Source: Chiloscyllium plagiosum
Taxonomy: Eukaryota
Length of the DNA: 64,000 nt
Reading direction: 5' to 3'
Assembly (NCBI RefSeq): GCF_004010195.1
Contig: NC_057718.1
Location: forward strand, 75,856,801 to 75,920,800
Both the position numbers and the translations under genes were made by a program. Positions 1 through 10,189 of the stretch are shown in pieces. Under the pieces are notes generated by a model, which worked only from the letters and a program-made list of their open reading frames with translations, was not told the origin of the DNA and did not search any database. Position 1 is the stretch's first letter. Each line of letters begins with the position of its first letter.

Positions 1-990
1 TCCTTCTTTTTCTTAACCAAATTTCTTTAGTCATCCAGCATCCAGCATTTGTGGGCTGCCTCACAGCGCCAGAGACCCGGGTTCAATTCCCGCCTCAGGC
101 GACTGACTGTGTGGAGTTTGCACGTTCTCCCCGTGTCTATGTGGGTTTCCTCCGGGTGCTCCGGTTTCCTCCTACAGTCCAAAGATGTGCATGTCAGGTG
201 AATTGGCCATGCTAAATTGCCCGTAATGTTAGGTAAGGGGTAAACGTAGGGGTATGGGTGGGTTGCGCTTCGGCGGGTCGGTGTGGACTTGTTGGGCCGA
301 AGGGCCTGTTTCCACACTGTAATGTAATCTAATCTAATGTAATTCCCTATAACTCCCAGCCTTCCCTTTCACCCTGACAGGAATATACTTTCTCTGGATT
401 CTTGTTATCTCATTTCTGTTATCCCATTTTCCAGCAATCCCTTTACCTGCGAACATCTGCCTCCAATCAACTTTTGAAAGTTCTTGACTAATACCGTCAA
501 AATTGGCCTCGCTCCAATTTAGAACTTCAACTTTTAGATCTGGTCTATCCTTTTCCATCATGATTTTAAAACGAATAGAATTATGGTCGCTGGACCTAAA
601 ATGCTCCCCCACTGACACCTCAGTCACCTGCCATGCCTTATTTCCCAAGAGTAGGTCAAGGTTTGCACCTTCTCTAGTAGGTACATCCACATACTGAATC
701 AGAAAATTGTCTTGTACACACTTAAATTCTTCTCCATCTCAACCTTTAACACAATGGCAGTCCCAGTCGATGTTTGGAAAGTTAAAATCCCCTACCATAA
801 CTACCCTATTATTCTTTCAGATAGCTGAGATCTCCTTACAAGTTTGTTTCTCAATTTCCCTCTGACTATTGGGCGATCTATAATACAATCCCAATAAGCT
901 AATCATCCTTTTCTTATTTCTCAGTTCCACCCAAATAACTTCCCTGGATGTATTTCCAGGAATATCCTCCCTCAGCACAGCTGGTAAGGA
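1..990 (-). mobile_element. CR1 LINE fragment (ORF2 APE endonuclease region), interrupted by a SINE at ~55-337
   Basis: ORFs 334..690 (PTREGANLDLLLGN...SDHNSI) and 817..1008 (EVIWVELRNKK...GLYYRSPN) carry CR1 endonuclease motifs. Confidence 0.9.
55..337 (+). mobile_element. HE1/V-SINE-like tRNA-derived SINE, 5'-truncated
   Basis: B-box gggttcaattccc, V-domain tgtgtggagtttgcacgttctccccgtg..., CR1-like tail gggccgaagggcctgtttccacactgta, (aatct)n end. Confidence 0.88.
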
Positions 991-1015
991 CTTCATTGTA
1001 GAATACAACTGACTG

Positions 1016-1130
1016 GGGTTTCCTCTGGTGCAGTGGTAGTATCCCTACCTTTGCACCAGGAGGCCTGAGTTCAAGTCCCACCTGTTCTAAAGGTGGGTCA
1101 CAGAACCTCTGAAAAAGTTGACGACAAAAT
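1016..1130 (+). mobile_element. Old tRNA-derived SINE head
   Basis: A-box-like tggtgcagtggtag and B-box-like gagttcaagtccc. Related reverse copies at ~17950-18062 and ~57840-57910. Confidence 0.55.
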
Positions 1131-1289
1131 ATTTACAATTCAAAATGACTAAGGCTGAGAAATCCAATCGGTGCCATTTTGGAATGGCCTCTCCTGCTCA
1201 CTGGCACCCTACCTCTCAATGTTAATTGTTGCTTATAAGCTCAAGCCTGACCAATGTCCTGTACAGGCAAGTGGGAGGCCTTTAAAAGT

Positions 1290-4200
1290 GAGATAGCTAG
1301 AGTTCAGGATCTATACATTCCTCGGAGGGTGAAGAGCAAGGTTGGCCGGAATAGGGAAGCCTGGATGACAAGAGATATTGAGGCCTAGACCAGAAAAGAG
1401 GAGGAAGCATGGCTCAGGTACAGGCAGCTAGGATCAACTAATATCTCTGGGAGGTATGTAGGGAACACAGGAGCTCACCGAAAGGAAATCAGGAGGACAA
1501 AAAGGGGGCACAAGATAGCCTTGGCTGAGAAGATTAGGATGAACCCAAAGAAGTACTTTAAGTGTATTAAAGGAAAAAGAATAACTAGAGAGAATATAGG
1601 GCCTCTCAAGGAGCAAAGTGTTCATGTATGTGTAGAACTGCAGAAGATGGGCAACGTCCTCGATGAATATTTCTCTCGGTTTACCGTGGAAAAGGACATG
1701 AAGATTTGGGAACTTGAAGTTACTGGTGATATCTTAGGGACAGTCCATAACAGCAGAGGTAGTGTTGGATGCACTGAATGTATGAAGGTGGATAAATCTC
1801 CTGGTCCTTACCAGATATATCCAAGAAAACTGCAAGAGGTGAGAGAGGAAATTGTAGGGGCCCAGGCTGATATTTTTGCAGCAAAGAACAGTGAACAAAG
1901 AAAATTACAGGACAGGAACAGGCCCTTTGGCTCTCCATGCCTGCGCCGATCCAAATCTTCTATCTAAATGTGTCACCTATTTTCCAAGAGTCTATATCCC
2001 TTTGCTCCCTGCTCATTCACCTTAAATGGCACTATTGTGCCCACCTCTACCACTTCCACTGGCAATGTGTTCCAGGCAACCACCGTCTGCGTAAAGAACT
2101 TGCCCCTGTCGCACTTTGAAGTCGTGACCCCTTGTAATTGAGTCCCCACTGTGGGGGCAAGTTTGTTGCTATCCACCTCGTCTATATCTCTCATGATTTT
2201 ATAGACCTCAATCAAGTCCACCATTAACCTCAGTCTTTCTAATGAAAATAATCCTAATCTACTCAATCTTCTTCATAGCTAGCACCCTCCATATCAGGCA
2301 ACATCCTGGTGAACCTCCAATGCACCCTCTCCAAAGCATTCACAGCCTTCCGATAATGTGGCGACCAGAACTTTACACAGTATTCCAAATATGGCCGAAC
2401 CAAAATCTTATGCTACTGTATCATGATCTGCCAACTCCATCCGATGAAGGAAAGCATGCTTATGCCTTCTTGACTACTCTATTGGCATGCGTTGCCACAT
2501 TCAGGAACAATGGACCTGAACACCCAGATCTCCTTGTACATCAATTTTCCCCAGAATTTCTCCATTTACTACATAGTTTGCTCTTGAATTGGATCTTCCA
2601 AAATGCATCACCTCACATTTGCTCAGATTGAACTCCACCTGCCATTTCTCTGCCCAATTCTCCAATCTATCTATATTCTGCTGTATTCTCTGACAGTCCC
2701 CTTCACTATCTGCTACTCCACCAATCTTAGGGTCATCTGCAAACTTGCTAATCAGACCACCTACACCTTCCTCCAAATCATTTATGTATATCACAAACGA
2801 CAGTGATCCCAGCACAGATCCCTGTGGAACACCACTGGTCACAGTTCGCCATTTTAACAAACTCCCTTCCACTACATCTCCCTCTTGCTCTCCTGTTGCC
2901 CAGCCATCTAGCGAGTACACCCTGGACCCCATGCAACTTCACCGTCTCCATCAGCCTATGGGGAACCTTATCAAATGCCTTACTGAAGTCCATGTATATG
3001 ACATGTGCAGCCCTTCCCTCAATCAACTTTGTTATTTCCTCAAAAAATTCGATTAAGTTGGTAAGACATGACCTTCCCTGCATAAAACCATGTTGCCTAT
3101 TACTGATAAGCCCATTTTTATTCCCCCCATTTTATGGGAACAGATCCTATCCCTCAGTATCTTCTCCAGCAGCTTCCCTACCACTGACGTCAGATTCACC
3201 GGTCTATAATTACCTGTCTCTGCTACCCTTATTAAACAAGGGGACAACATTAGCAATTCTCCAGTCCTCCAGAACCTCACCCATGTTCAAGGAATTAGCC
3301 ACGGTGAGGTCCTGGACGTCTGGAGTGTAGAGAACGTTGTGCCCTTATTCAAGAATGGCTGCAAAGAAAAACCTGGGAACTATAGATCAGTAAGCCTAAC
3401 ATGTGTGTGTTACTTGAGAATATTCTGAGAGATAAGCTGTGCATGTATTTGGAAAGACAGGGTTTGATTAGGAGCAGTCAGCATGACTGTGTGTGGGAGA
3501 TCATGCCTCAAATTTGTTCGAGTTCTTTGATGAAGTGACCAGAAAGGTTGATAAGGGCAGGGCATTAAACGTAGTCCATATGGATTTCAGAAAGGCCTTT
3601 GATAAAGCTTTGGAAGGTTAGATCACATGGAACCCAGGGGGAGCTGGCAAACTGGATACACAATTGGCTTGAGGGTAGGAAGCAGGGGGGGAATAGTAGA
3701 AGGATGTCTATCAGACTGGAGGCTTATGGCTAGTAGAGTACCTCAGGTGTCAGTACTGAGCCCATTACTGTTTGTTATCTATATCAAATGATTTGGATGA
3801 GAATGTACAAGGCACGATTAGTAAGTTTGCAGATGACACAAAAATAGGTGGTATCATGGACATTGTGGACGGTTATCAGAAATGGCAGCAGGACCTTGAT
3901 CAACTGGGGAAGTGGGCCCAGAAATGGCAAATGAGTTTAACGTAGATAAGTGTGAGGTCTTACATTTTGGATAGTCAAATCTAGGTAGGAGATTCATGTT
4001 GAATGGTCAGACTTTAAGGAGTGTAGCGAACAGAGGAACCTTGGAGTTCAGGTGCACAGTTCGCTGAAAGTGAAGTCACAGGTAGACAGGGCTGTGAAAG
4101 TGGCTTTTGGTACACTGGCCTTCATCAGTCAGGGCATTGAGCATAGAATTTGGGAAATTATGTTGCAGTTGTACAGGACGTTGGTGAGGCCCCACGCGGA

Positions 4201-4745
4201 GTATTGTGTTCAGTTTTGGTCACCTCGCTATAGGAAGGATGTTATTAAATTGGAAAGGGTGCAGAAGAAATTTACAAGGATGTTGCCAGGACTCAATGGA
4301 CTGAGTTATTAGGGAGAGATTGGACTGGCTAGGACTTTTTCTTTCGAGCAGAGGAGACTGAGGGGAGATCTTATTGATGTGTATAAGATCATGAGAGACA
4401 TGGATCAGGTAAATATATTCAGTCTTTTTCTCTGGGTTGGGAATTGAGGTCTAGAGGGTATCCCATTAAGGTTAGAGGGGAAAGAATAAAAGGGAACCAG
4501 AAGGGCAACATTTCTTTCCCCACAGAGGGTGGGGAGTATATGGAATGAGTTGCCAACGGAAGTGGTTGAAGCGGATACATTAATACCAATTTAAAAGGCA
4601 TTTGAACAAATACATGAATAGGAAAGGTTTAAAAGGATATGGGTCAAGTGCAGAGAAACAGGGCTAGCACAAAGAGACATTTTGTTCGGCATGGACCAGT
4701 TTGGGCCAAAGGGCCTGTCTCCATGCTGTAGGACTCCATGACTCT
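1290..4745 (+). mobile_element. 5'-truncated CR1 LINE (RT to 3' end), split by an opposite-strand CR1 at ~1881-3292
   Basis: ORF 1521..1967 (NPKKYFK...DKSPGP), FADD-type tttgcagatgacaca at ~3826, ORF 4052..4312 (LYRTLVRPHAEYCVQFWSP), 3' tail gggccaaagggcctgtctccatgctgta. Confidence 0.9.
1881..3292 (-). mobile_element. 5'-truncated CR1 LINE nested in the previous CR1
   Basis: ORFs 2501..2932 (SGVPQGSVLG...KFADD) and 2778..3083 (RSCLTNLIEFFE...DFSKAFDKV). 3' tail at ~1881-1935. Confidence 0.92.
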
Positions 4746-5247
4746 AAGTAGTAGTACTGGAGACAATGCTCCAATATATAAAAGGTAGACGGGAGATTGG
4801 GATCTTTCTTTTAAAAACAGTTATAAATGAGAACATGGAGAATAACATTAAACCACCCATCAGGTGAAAAAAAAACATTTAAGAAGGCAGAGAAAAAAAG
4901 ATCTGGGCATTTTAACAAATGTATCTTTAAGGGTCAATGAACACATATTTAAAAATAGCTAGAAGACATCGAGCAAAAACAATAAGAAACCTTTTGGCCT
5001 ACTTTCTAATTTGAAAGTTTTACTTACACCAGACACGTTACAGTGCACTTGATGATTCATTGCTGCCAAGAAGGTGCTTCCATGCTAAATATTCAAGGAT
5101 AAAATTAATGTGCCGAACCAGACACAAGCTTATGTCAAATGGAATAGAGATGAGGCTTTATTGTAAAGTGTGCAAAGGTTTGTAAAAAGCAGAGTTCATG
5201 CATACAGTTCACAGAAAGACAGAGCTGTCACACACAGAGACACCTAC

Positions 5248-5463
5248 CAGCTACCAGGAGTATGGGGGCTTTGTCTGGGTGCAGTTCCATCTGACGTGCA
5301 ATCCAAGGTCCATCAAAATGGGCATACCACCAGCCTTTCTTCTTGTTCTGGGGCTCTTTGTACTGGTCAGCTGGACGGATAAATGGGATGCGGAAATAGC
5401 GCTGGGTCCGATTCTGAGCAATCTCCTGCTGCCGAGCTTGTAACTGAGGGGGATTTTGCCGAG
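5248..5463 (-). CDS. MYO6: Myosin VI exon 17/17 (216 nt): (A)[71 protein letters not shown](G), cargo-binding domain with WWY motif
   Basis: Acceptor ...catttacaacag, donor gtaggt. Contained in ORF 5228..5491. The final coding exon must lie left of the window. Confidence 0.97.
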
Positions 5464-6147
5464 CTGTTGTAAATGAATAAGCATATTTCATGACAATATG
5501 GATCAGACTTGGACTTCAGAATTAAACTGGCAGCTGTAACCAGTAATGAAAATCTTCAATAATGTAGGAACAGCAGACTTCACAACTCCCTTAATCCCAC
5601 AATTACTGTTTATTAAATATAGTTATTAGAAAACATGCAATCTGTATTTCATTTTCTTATAGCTTTGACATAGAGGTTGAATCAGAAGAGACTTCGGATT
5701 CAATCTCTAAAGCAGCTTGGGATGGTTTTTCTTCTGATTCATATAAAAACTATTTCTTATAATGGAAAGTTAAAAGGGAAAAAAAGGTGTGAATTTATCA
5801 GCTACTTTTTATGATTTCAGAACAGCCAAAGATTTCCAGTCAATTAAATTCTTTCAAAGCGTACCCCATTGTTTTGGTCTAAGAAATGTCAAGTACAAAT
5901 TTTTCCAAACAACATGAAATAAGCATCTAATCTTTTTCTTTTAGAGTGATGTTTATTGAAAAGGTAAGTATTAGCCAAAACACTGATACAAATCCAAAGT
6001 AAGAAGACTAAGGAGACATAAACAGGGAAAGAACCAAATATTAAAGAAAGATACACAGACCAGTCATCAAAAATCCAGATGTCAATAGAATCCAATAGAA
6101 TTGACAAGTTCAAATTTTATTACGTGCTCAATTACTCCAGTTCTTAC

Positions 6148-6279
6148 CATAATCAGTAACAGATTTTGGAGCGCGTTGTTCTGCTTCAGCATTGCGCTTT
6201 TTATTTCTGGATTTCCAGGCATGATAGACCTTCAGCCGCCGATGGAATTCCTCTCTGCATGCTGCTAACAGCTCAATAT
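6148..6279 (-). CDS. MYO6: Myosin VI exon 16/17 (132 nt): (D)[46 protein letters not shown] adaptor motif and basic lipid-binding segment
   Basis: Acceptor ...ttactgcag, donor gtaaga. RRL motif present. Phase 1-1. Confidence 0.97.
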
Positions 6280-7029
6280 CTGCAGTAACATACATGATTG
6301 AGTACAGTCAGATTCTTCAAGGAAGGACTGAGGACATATTTATTCAATGAAGACCCCATTCTTCATTGGCATCCAACCAGGAAGAGTTCTTCTGTTGGTC
6401 ACTTCTGAAAGTGCAATAATGAGAGGGGAACTCTCCCAAAGCGATGAGATAAGCAAGTTCTTGAAGAATTTGCATCTACCTTGCTTGCATTATAATGTTA
6501 ACAACCTGTCAGATCACTGCTCACCTTCTCTGACAGGAATGTTTTGTGGTTGCAGCATTGGAGGAAAACAAGTCGGTAAAGAAAGAAATAGTTCAGGCAC
6601 AGCCATCTTTCTGAATACCAAAACACAGCTCCTTGTCTTAGGGTTGTCCAATTCTTCTCCTTCCCCATCTTCAGACATCAACACACACCTGAATAACATT
6701 GTTTGTTCAATTATCTCTGAATCCAGACTTTGTATATCAGAAATTTGTTTAGTCAGGAGAGATTCTCAGTTATGCTTTCGTATGGGTTTACCGGATAGTC
6801 ACATTCGTGCACTTTCCAGAAGAATGTAGTCAGATACAGGAAACTTGCCTGACATTTTTGTTCTATAGACTAGGGAGTTGAAGTTAATTATAACACCATT
6901 AACCAAGAAAACATTCCCAGCAATGTAATTAGGCAGGCACATTAAAAACAAAGAACAGGTTTTTTGGAAGGATGCATAAAAATTTGATAGAAATAATGGG
7001 ACATAAAGTAGAAAAGGGAGTTGGAGAAG

Positions 7030-7652
7030 ATGGCAGAGTTTGGTCAGAGCATTGACTATAGGGGTTAGGAGGTCATGTTGCAGCAGGACAGGACATTCGT
7101 TGCACCACTTTTGGAATATTGCGTGCAATTCTCCCATCTCTCGGAAGGATGTTGTGAAACTTGAAAGGGGTTCAGAAAAGGTTTACAAGGATGCTGATAG
7201 GGTTGGAGGGGTTGAGCTATAGGGAGAGGTGAATATACTGAGGCTGTTTTCCCTGGAGTGTTGGAGGCGGAGGGCTGACCTTATAGACATTTATAAAATC
7301 ACGAGGGACATGGGATAGGATAAATAGACGAGGTCTTTTCCCTGGAGTGGAGGAGTCCAGAACTAGACGGCATAGATTTAGGTGAGAGGGGAAGATCTAA
7401 AAGGAATCTAAGGGGCAACTTTCTTTTGCAGGTGGTGGTGCATGTATAGAATGAGTTGCCAGAGGAAGTGTGGAGTCTAGTACAATTACAACCTTTAAAA
7501 AGCATCTTGATAGGTATATGAATAGGAATGGGTTAGGAGGGATATGGGTCAAGTGCTGGCAAACAGGACTAGATTAATATAGGATATCTGATCAGCATGG
7601 ACAAGTTGGAACAAAAGGTCTGTTTCCATGCAGTACATCTCTATGCCTCTAA
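7030..7652 (+). mobile_element. CR1 LINE 3' fragment
   Basis: Decayed RT C-terminus (RKDVVKLER) and CR1-type 3' UTR tail. Confidence 0.85.
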
Positions 7653-7925
7653 ATGGAGTGGCTCAAGGAAACATATTCTAATGCTTAAGGTCCCTTCAGC
7701 TATCTGTACAATTTCTAGTAGTGGAGTGAATTGAGAAGCCAGGAATGAAATGTAGAGATGGGCAGGTCACTAACAGGGATGGAAAGTGCAACAACCTACA
7801 AACAACAAGAACGTCAACACAAAAGCCAGAAAGACAAATCAGAAACAAATTTCCAGAAATACTCAACAGTTGTAAACAGATAGCGATTAACTGAGTTTTT
7901 CAGTTCATTTTTATGTTGCTAGACT

Positions 7926-8164
7926 TAGTTAAAAATCACAACACCAGGTTATAGTCCAACAGGTTTAATTGGAAGCACACTAGTGTTCGGAGCGACGCTC
8001 CTTCATCAGGTGATTGTGGCGGTTAGTGGTGTCGATAGTAGTCATGATTCGGAGCGTCAATCTGAAAGCTAGTGTGCTTCCAATTAAACCTGTTGGACTA
8101 TAACCTGGTGTTGAGAGATTTTTAACTTTGTACACCCCAGTCCAACACCGGCATCTCCGAATCA
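7926..8164 (+). mobile_element. Fold-back Penelope-like terminal element (family B) with 10-bp TSD and hammerhead-like core
   Basis: Inverted arms 7927-7984 / 8069-8127. TSD ttgctagact at 7916-7925 and 8165-8174. Minus strand reads cctgatgaaggagcgtcgctccgaaca. Confidence 0.75.
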
Positions 8165-8199
8165 TTGCTAGACTAAGTAATTTCCACATTTTGTACTTT

Positions 8200-8960
8200 C
8201 ACTTTATAGTAAAAATTTAAAATACAAGTTTACTTTCAAGTTTGAGATAGTCAGATACACAAGTGAGCACAGGGATGGTGGGAAATTGGGACTACAGAAG
8301 ATGGACAATGAAATATTGGGAGGGAGTGTATAGGAATAGTTGAGCCTTGAGGGGATAAAAAAAATTCAATCAGGACTTCAGCCCAAGGTTAGCTATAGCA
8401 GTGATCGTATTGAGTGGTGTCGTAGAGGTGAATCAAGGGTGGTCTGTGTAATGGAGGGGTAGGTTCAACTTGGATATCAAGATAATAAACAATCTGGTTC
8501 AGCTTGGGAAAGCAGTGTGGGAGTGGATTCCGCAACAAGAATGCAGCATTGTTAGCCAGGCCTAAAACAGGGGCTTCAGCTTTACCAACACTGAACTAAA
8601 GGAAACTAATGCTGATCAAACTGCATGTTGGATCAGCAGTTTAATAGTGCAAGAGAAGTGGAGGTGGTCAAGAAAGCCAGAAGAGACATAAAACTGAGTG
8701 TTTCCAACAAACCTATGGAATTTAATTGCGTATCTGCAGATGATTATGTCATGCATCAGGGAAATGGCAATGAGAAAGGAAGGCCAAAGATAAATCATTG
8801 GGGACTCAGAAACAATGAAGCAGCTCTGGCTATCACTGCATAGTGGACAGTAGAACAGAGCAAGAGGCAGTTCCATTCAGCTAGAAAAGGTGGAAAAGCG
8901 CATAGAAATAAGACGGAGTCATGTTGGCCATAGGTTAAGCAAGGATGTAAATAAGCAAAG
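8200..8960 (-). mobile_element. Degraded L2-type LINE RT fragment
   Basis: ORF 8616..8876 HDIIICRYAIKFHRFVGNTQFYVS resembles the L2 GDIIRKHG.SFH.YADDTQLY motif. Boundaries approximate. Confidence 0.55.
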
Positions 8961-8982
8961 ATTGATTTCCCACAATCATAGT

Positions 8983-9306
8983 CAGTGGACAGCGGTTAGC
9001 ACTGCTGTCTCACAATGCCAGGGATCAGTGTTCGATTCCAGCCTCGGGCAACTGTCTGTGTGGAGCTTGCACATTCTCCATGTCGTCATGGGTTTCCTCC
9101 AGGTGCTCCGGTTTCGTCCCACAATCCTAAAATGTGCAAGTCAGGTGAATTGGCCGTGCTAAATTGCCCGTAGTGTTAGTTGCATTAGTCAGGGGTAAAT
9201 GTAGGGCAGGGGAATGGGTCTGGGTGGGTTGCTCTTCGGAGGGCCAGTGTGGACTTGTTGGGCCAAAGGGCCTGTTTCCATACTGTGAAGTATCTAATCT
9301 AATCTA
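8983..9306 (+). mobile_element. HE1/V-SINE-like SINE
   Basis: Same head, V-domain and tail as 55-337; ends tatctaatctaatctaa. Confidence 0.88.
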
Positions 9307-9620
9307 ACAATCCTCCCAGGTAGTGCATTCTAGATTCCCTTCACCTTCCAGCTGAAAAGAAATTTCCCCAAGTCCCCTCTAAATCTCCTGTCCTACACCT
9401 TAAAATTGTGCCCCTTCGTTACTAACCCTTCAACTGCAAGGAGCAGCTGCTTCCTATCCACCCTCTCCATACCCCTCGATCAGGTCTCTTCATCAGCCTT
9501 CTCTGCTGCAAAGAAAACAACCCGAGCCTATTCAGCCTCTCTTCATGGCTAAAGTGCTTCACCCCAGGCAAAATCCTGATGAATCACCATTATACCTCCT
9601 CCAGTGCAATCACATCTTAT
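9307..9620 (-). mobile_element. CR1 LINE 3' fragment
   Basis: Reverse complement resembles the RT C-terminal/3' region of the other CR1 copies in the window. Confidence 0.7.
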
Positions 9621-9853
9621 TTCAGTTATTACATTACTGACAAGAATGACATTCTACTGTACATTGATAAAGCATAAAATATAGCAATTCTAAAAATCAG
9701 TTTATTGGAAATATACTGATATTAAATAAATATAAAGACATAATCTTTAGTTAGTATGCCACTGTCTCAAGTGAACCAATACCACTCTTAAGTGGACTTG
9801 AGCCATGAACTGTAGCCAAGAGGAAAACATTGTTAGATTGAGAGGATTCTTAC

Positions 9854-9957
9854 CACAAGAGGTGTTGATGACATCTCGCAGTTCAGCATACTTCCATTTG
9901 GCGAGATCATATTTCTTTGTGCCAGCAGCTGCCTTCGTAGCCTGGACTTCAGGACTT
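9854..9957 (-). CDS. MYO6: Myosin VI exon 15/17 (104 nt): (R)[34 protein letters not shown](D), start of MyUb domain
   Basis: Acceptor ...gtcaacag, donor gtaaga. [14 protein letters not shown] conserved. Phase 2-1. Confidence 0.97.
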
Positions 9958-10054
9958 CTGTTGACAAGAATGAACACAGTGAGAACATGGCAGACTGAGA
10001 GAACATGGAAGAAGATCAAATGTAATTAGGTATTAATGGTAGGTTTGGATATTT

Positions 10055-10178
10055 CTTGAAGGGCTTATTGCCAAAACGTTGATTCCCCTGCTCCTTGGAT
10101 GCTGCCTGACCTGCTGTATCTTTCCAGCATCACACTCTTGACTCTGATCTCCAGCATCTGCAGTCCTCACTTTTGCCT
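10055..10178 (+). mobile_element. Penelope-like terminal repeat (family A), single arm
   Basis: gaagggcttattgccaaaacgttgattcccctgctccttggatgctgcctgacctgctg...ccagcatctgcagtcctcac matches the family A arms. Hammerhead core decayed. Confidence 0.75.
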
Positions 10179-10189
10179 AGTTGACAATA

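Noticed and set aside
5865..5878. 14-nt AG...GT segment on the MYO6 strand as a possible small-insert exon
   Set aside because: Frameshifting, weak polypyrimidine tract, no similarity to the small insert.
5925..5969. Plus-strand micro-exon-like signal: ctaatctttttcttttag-19 nt-gtaagt
   Set aside because: Antisense to MYO6, length not a multiple of three, no partner exons seen; plausible by chance in AT-rich DNA without stranded RNA evidence.
6347..6829. 160-aa plus-strand ORF
   Set aside because: No recognisable domain or splice structure; intronic and antisense, probably chance or decayed repeat.
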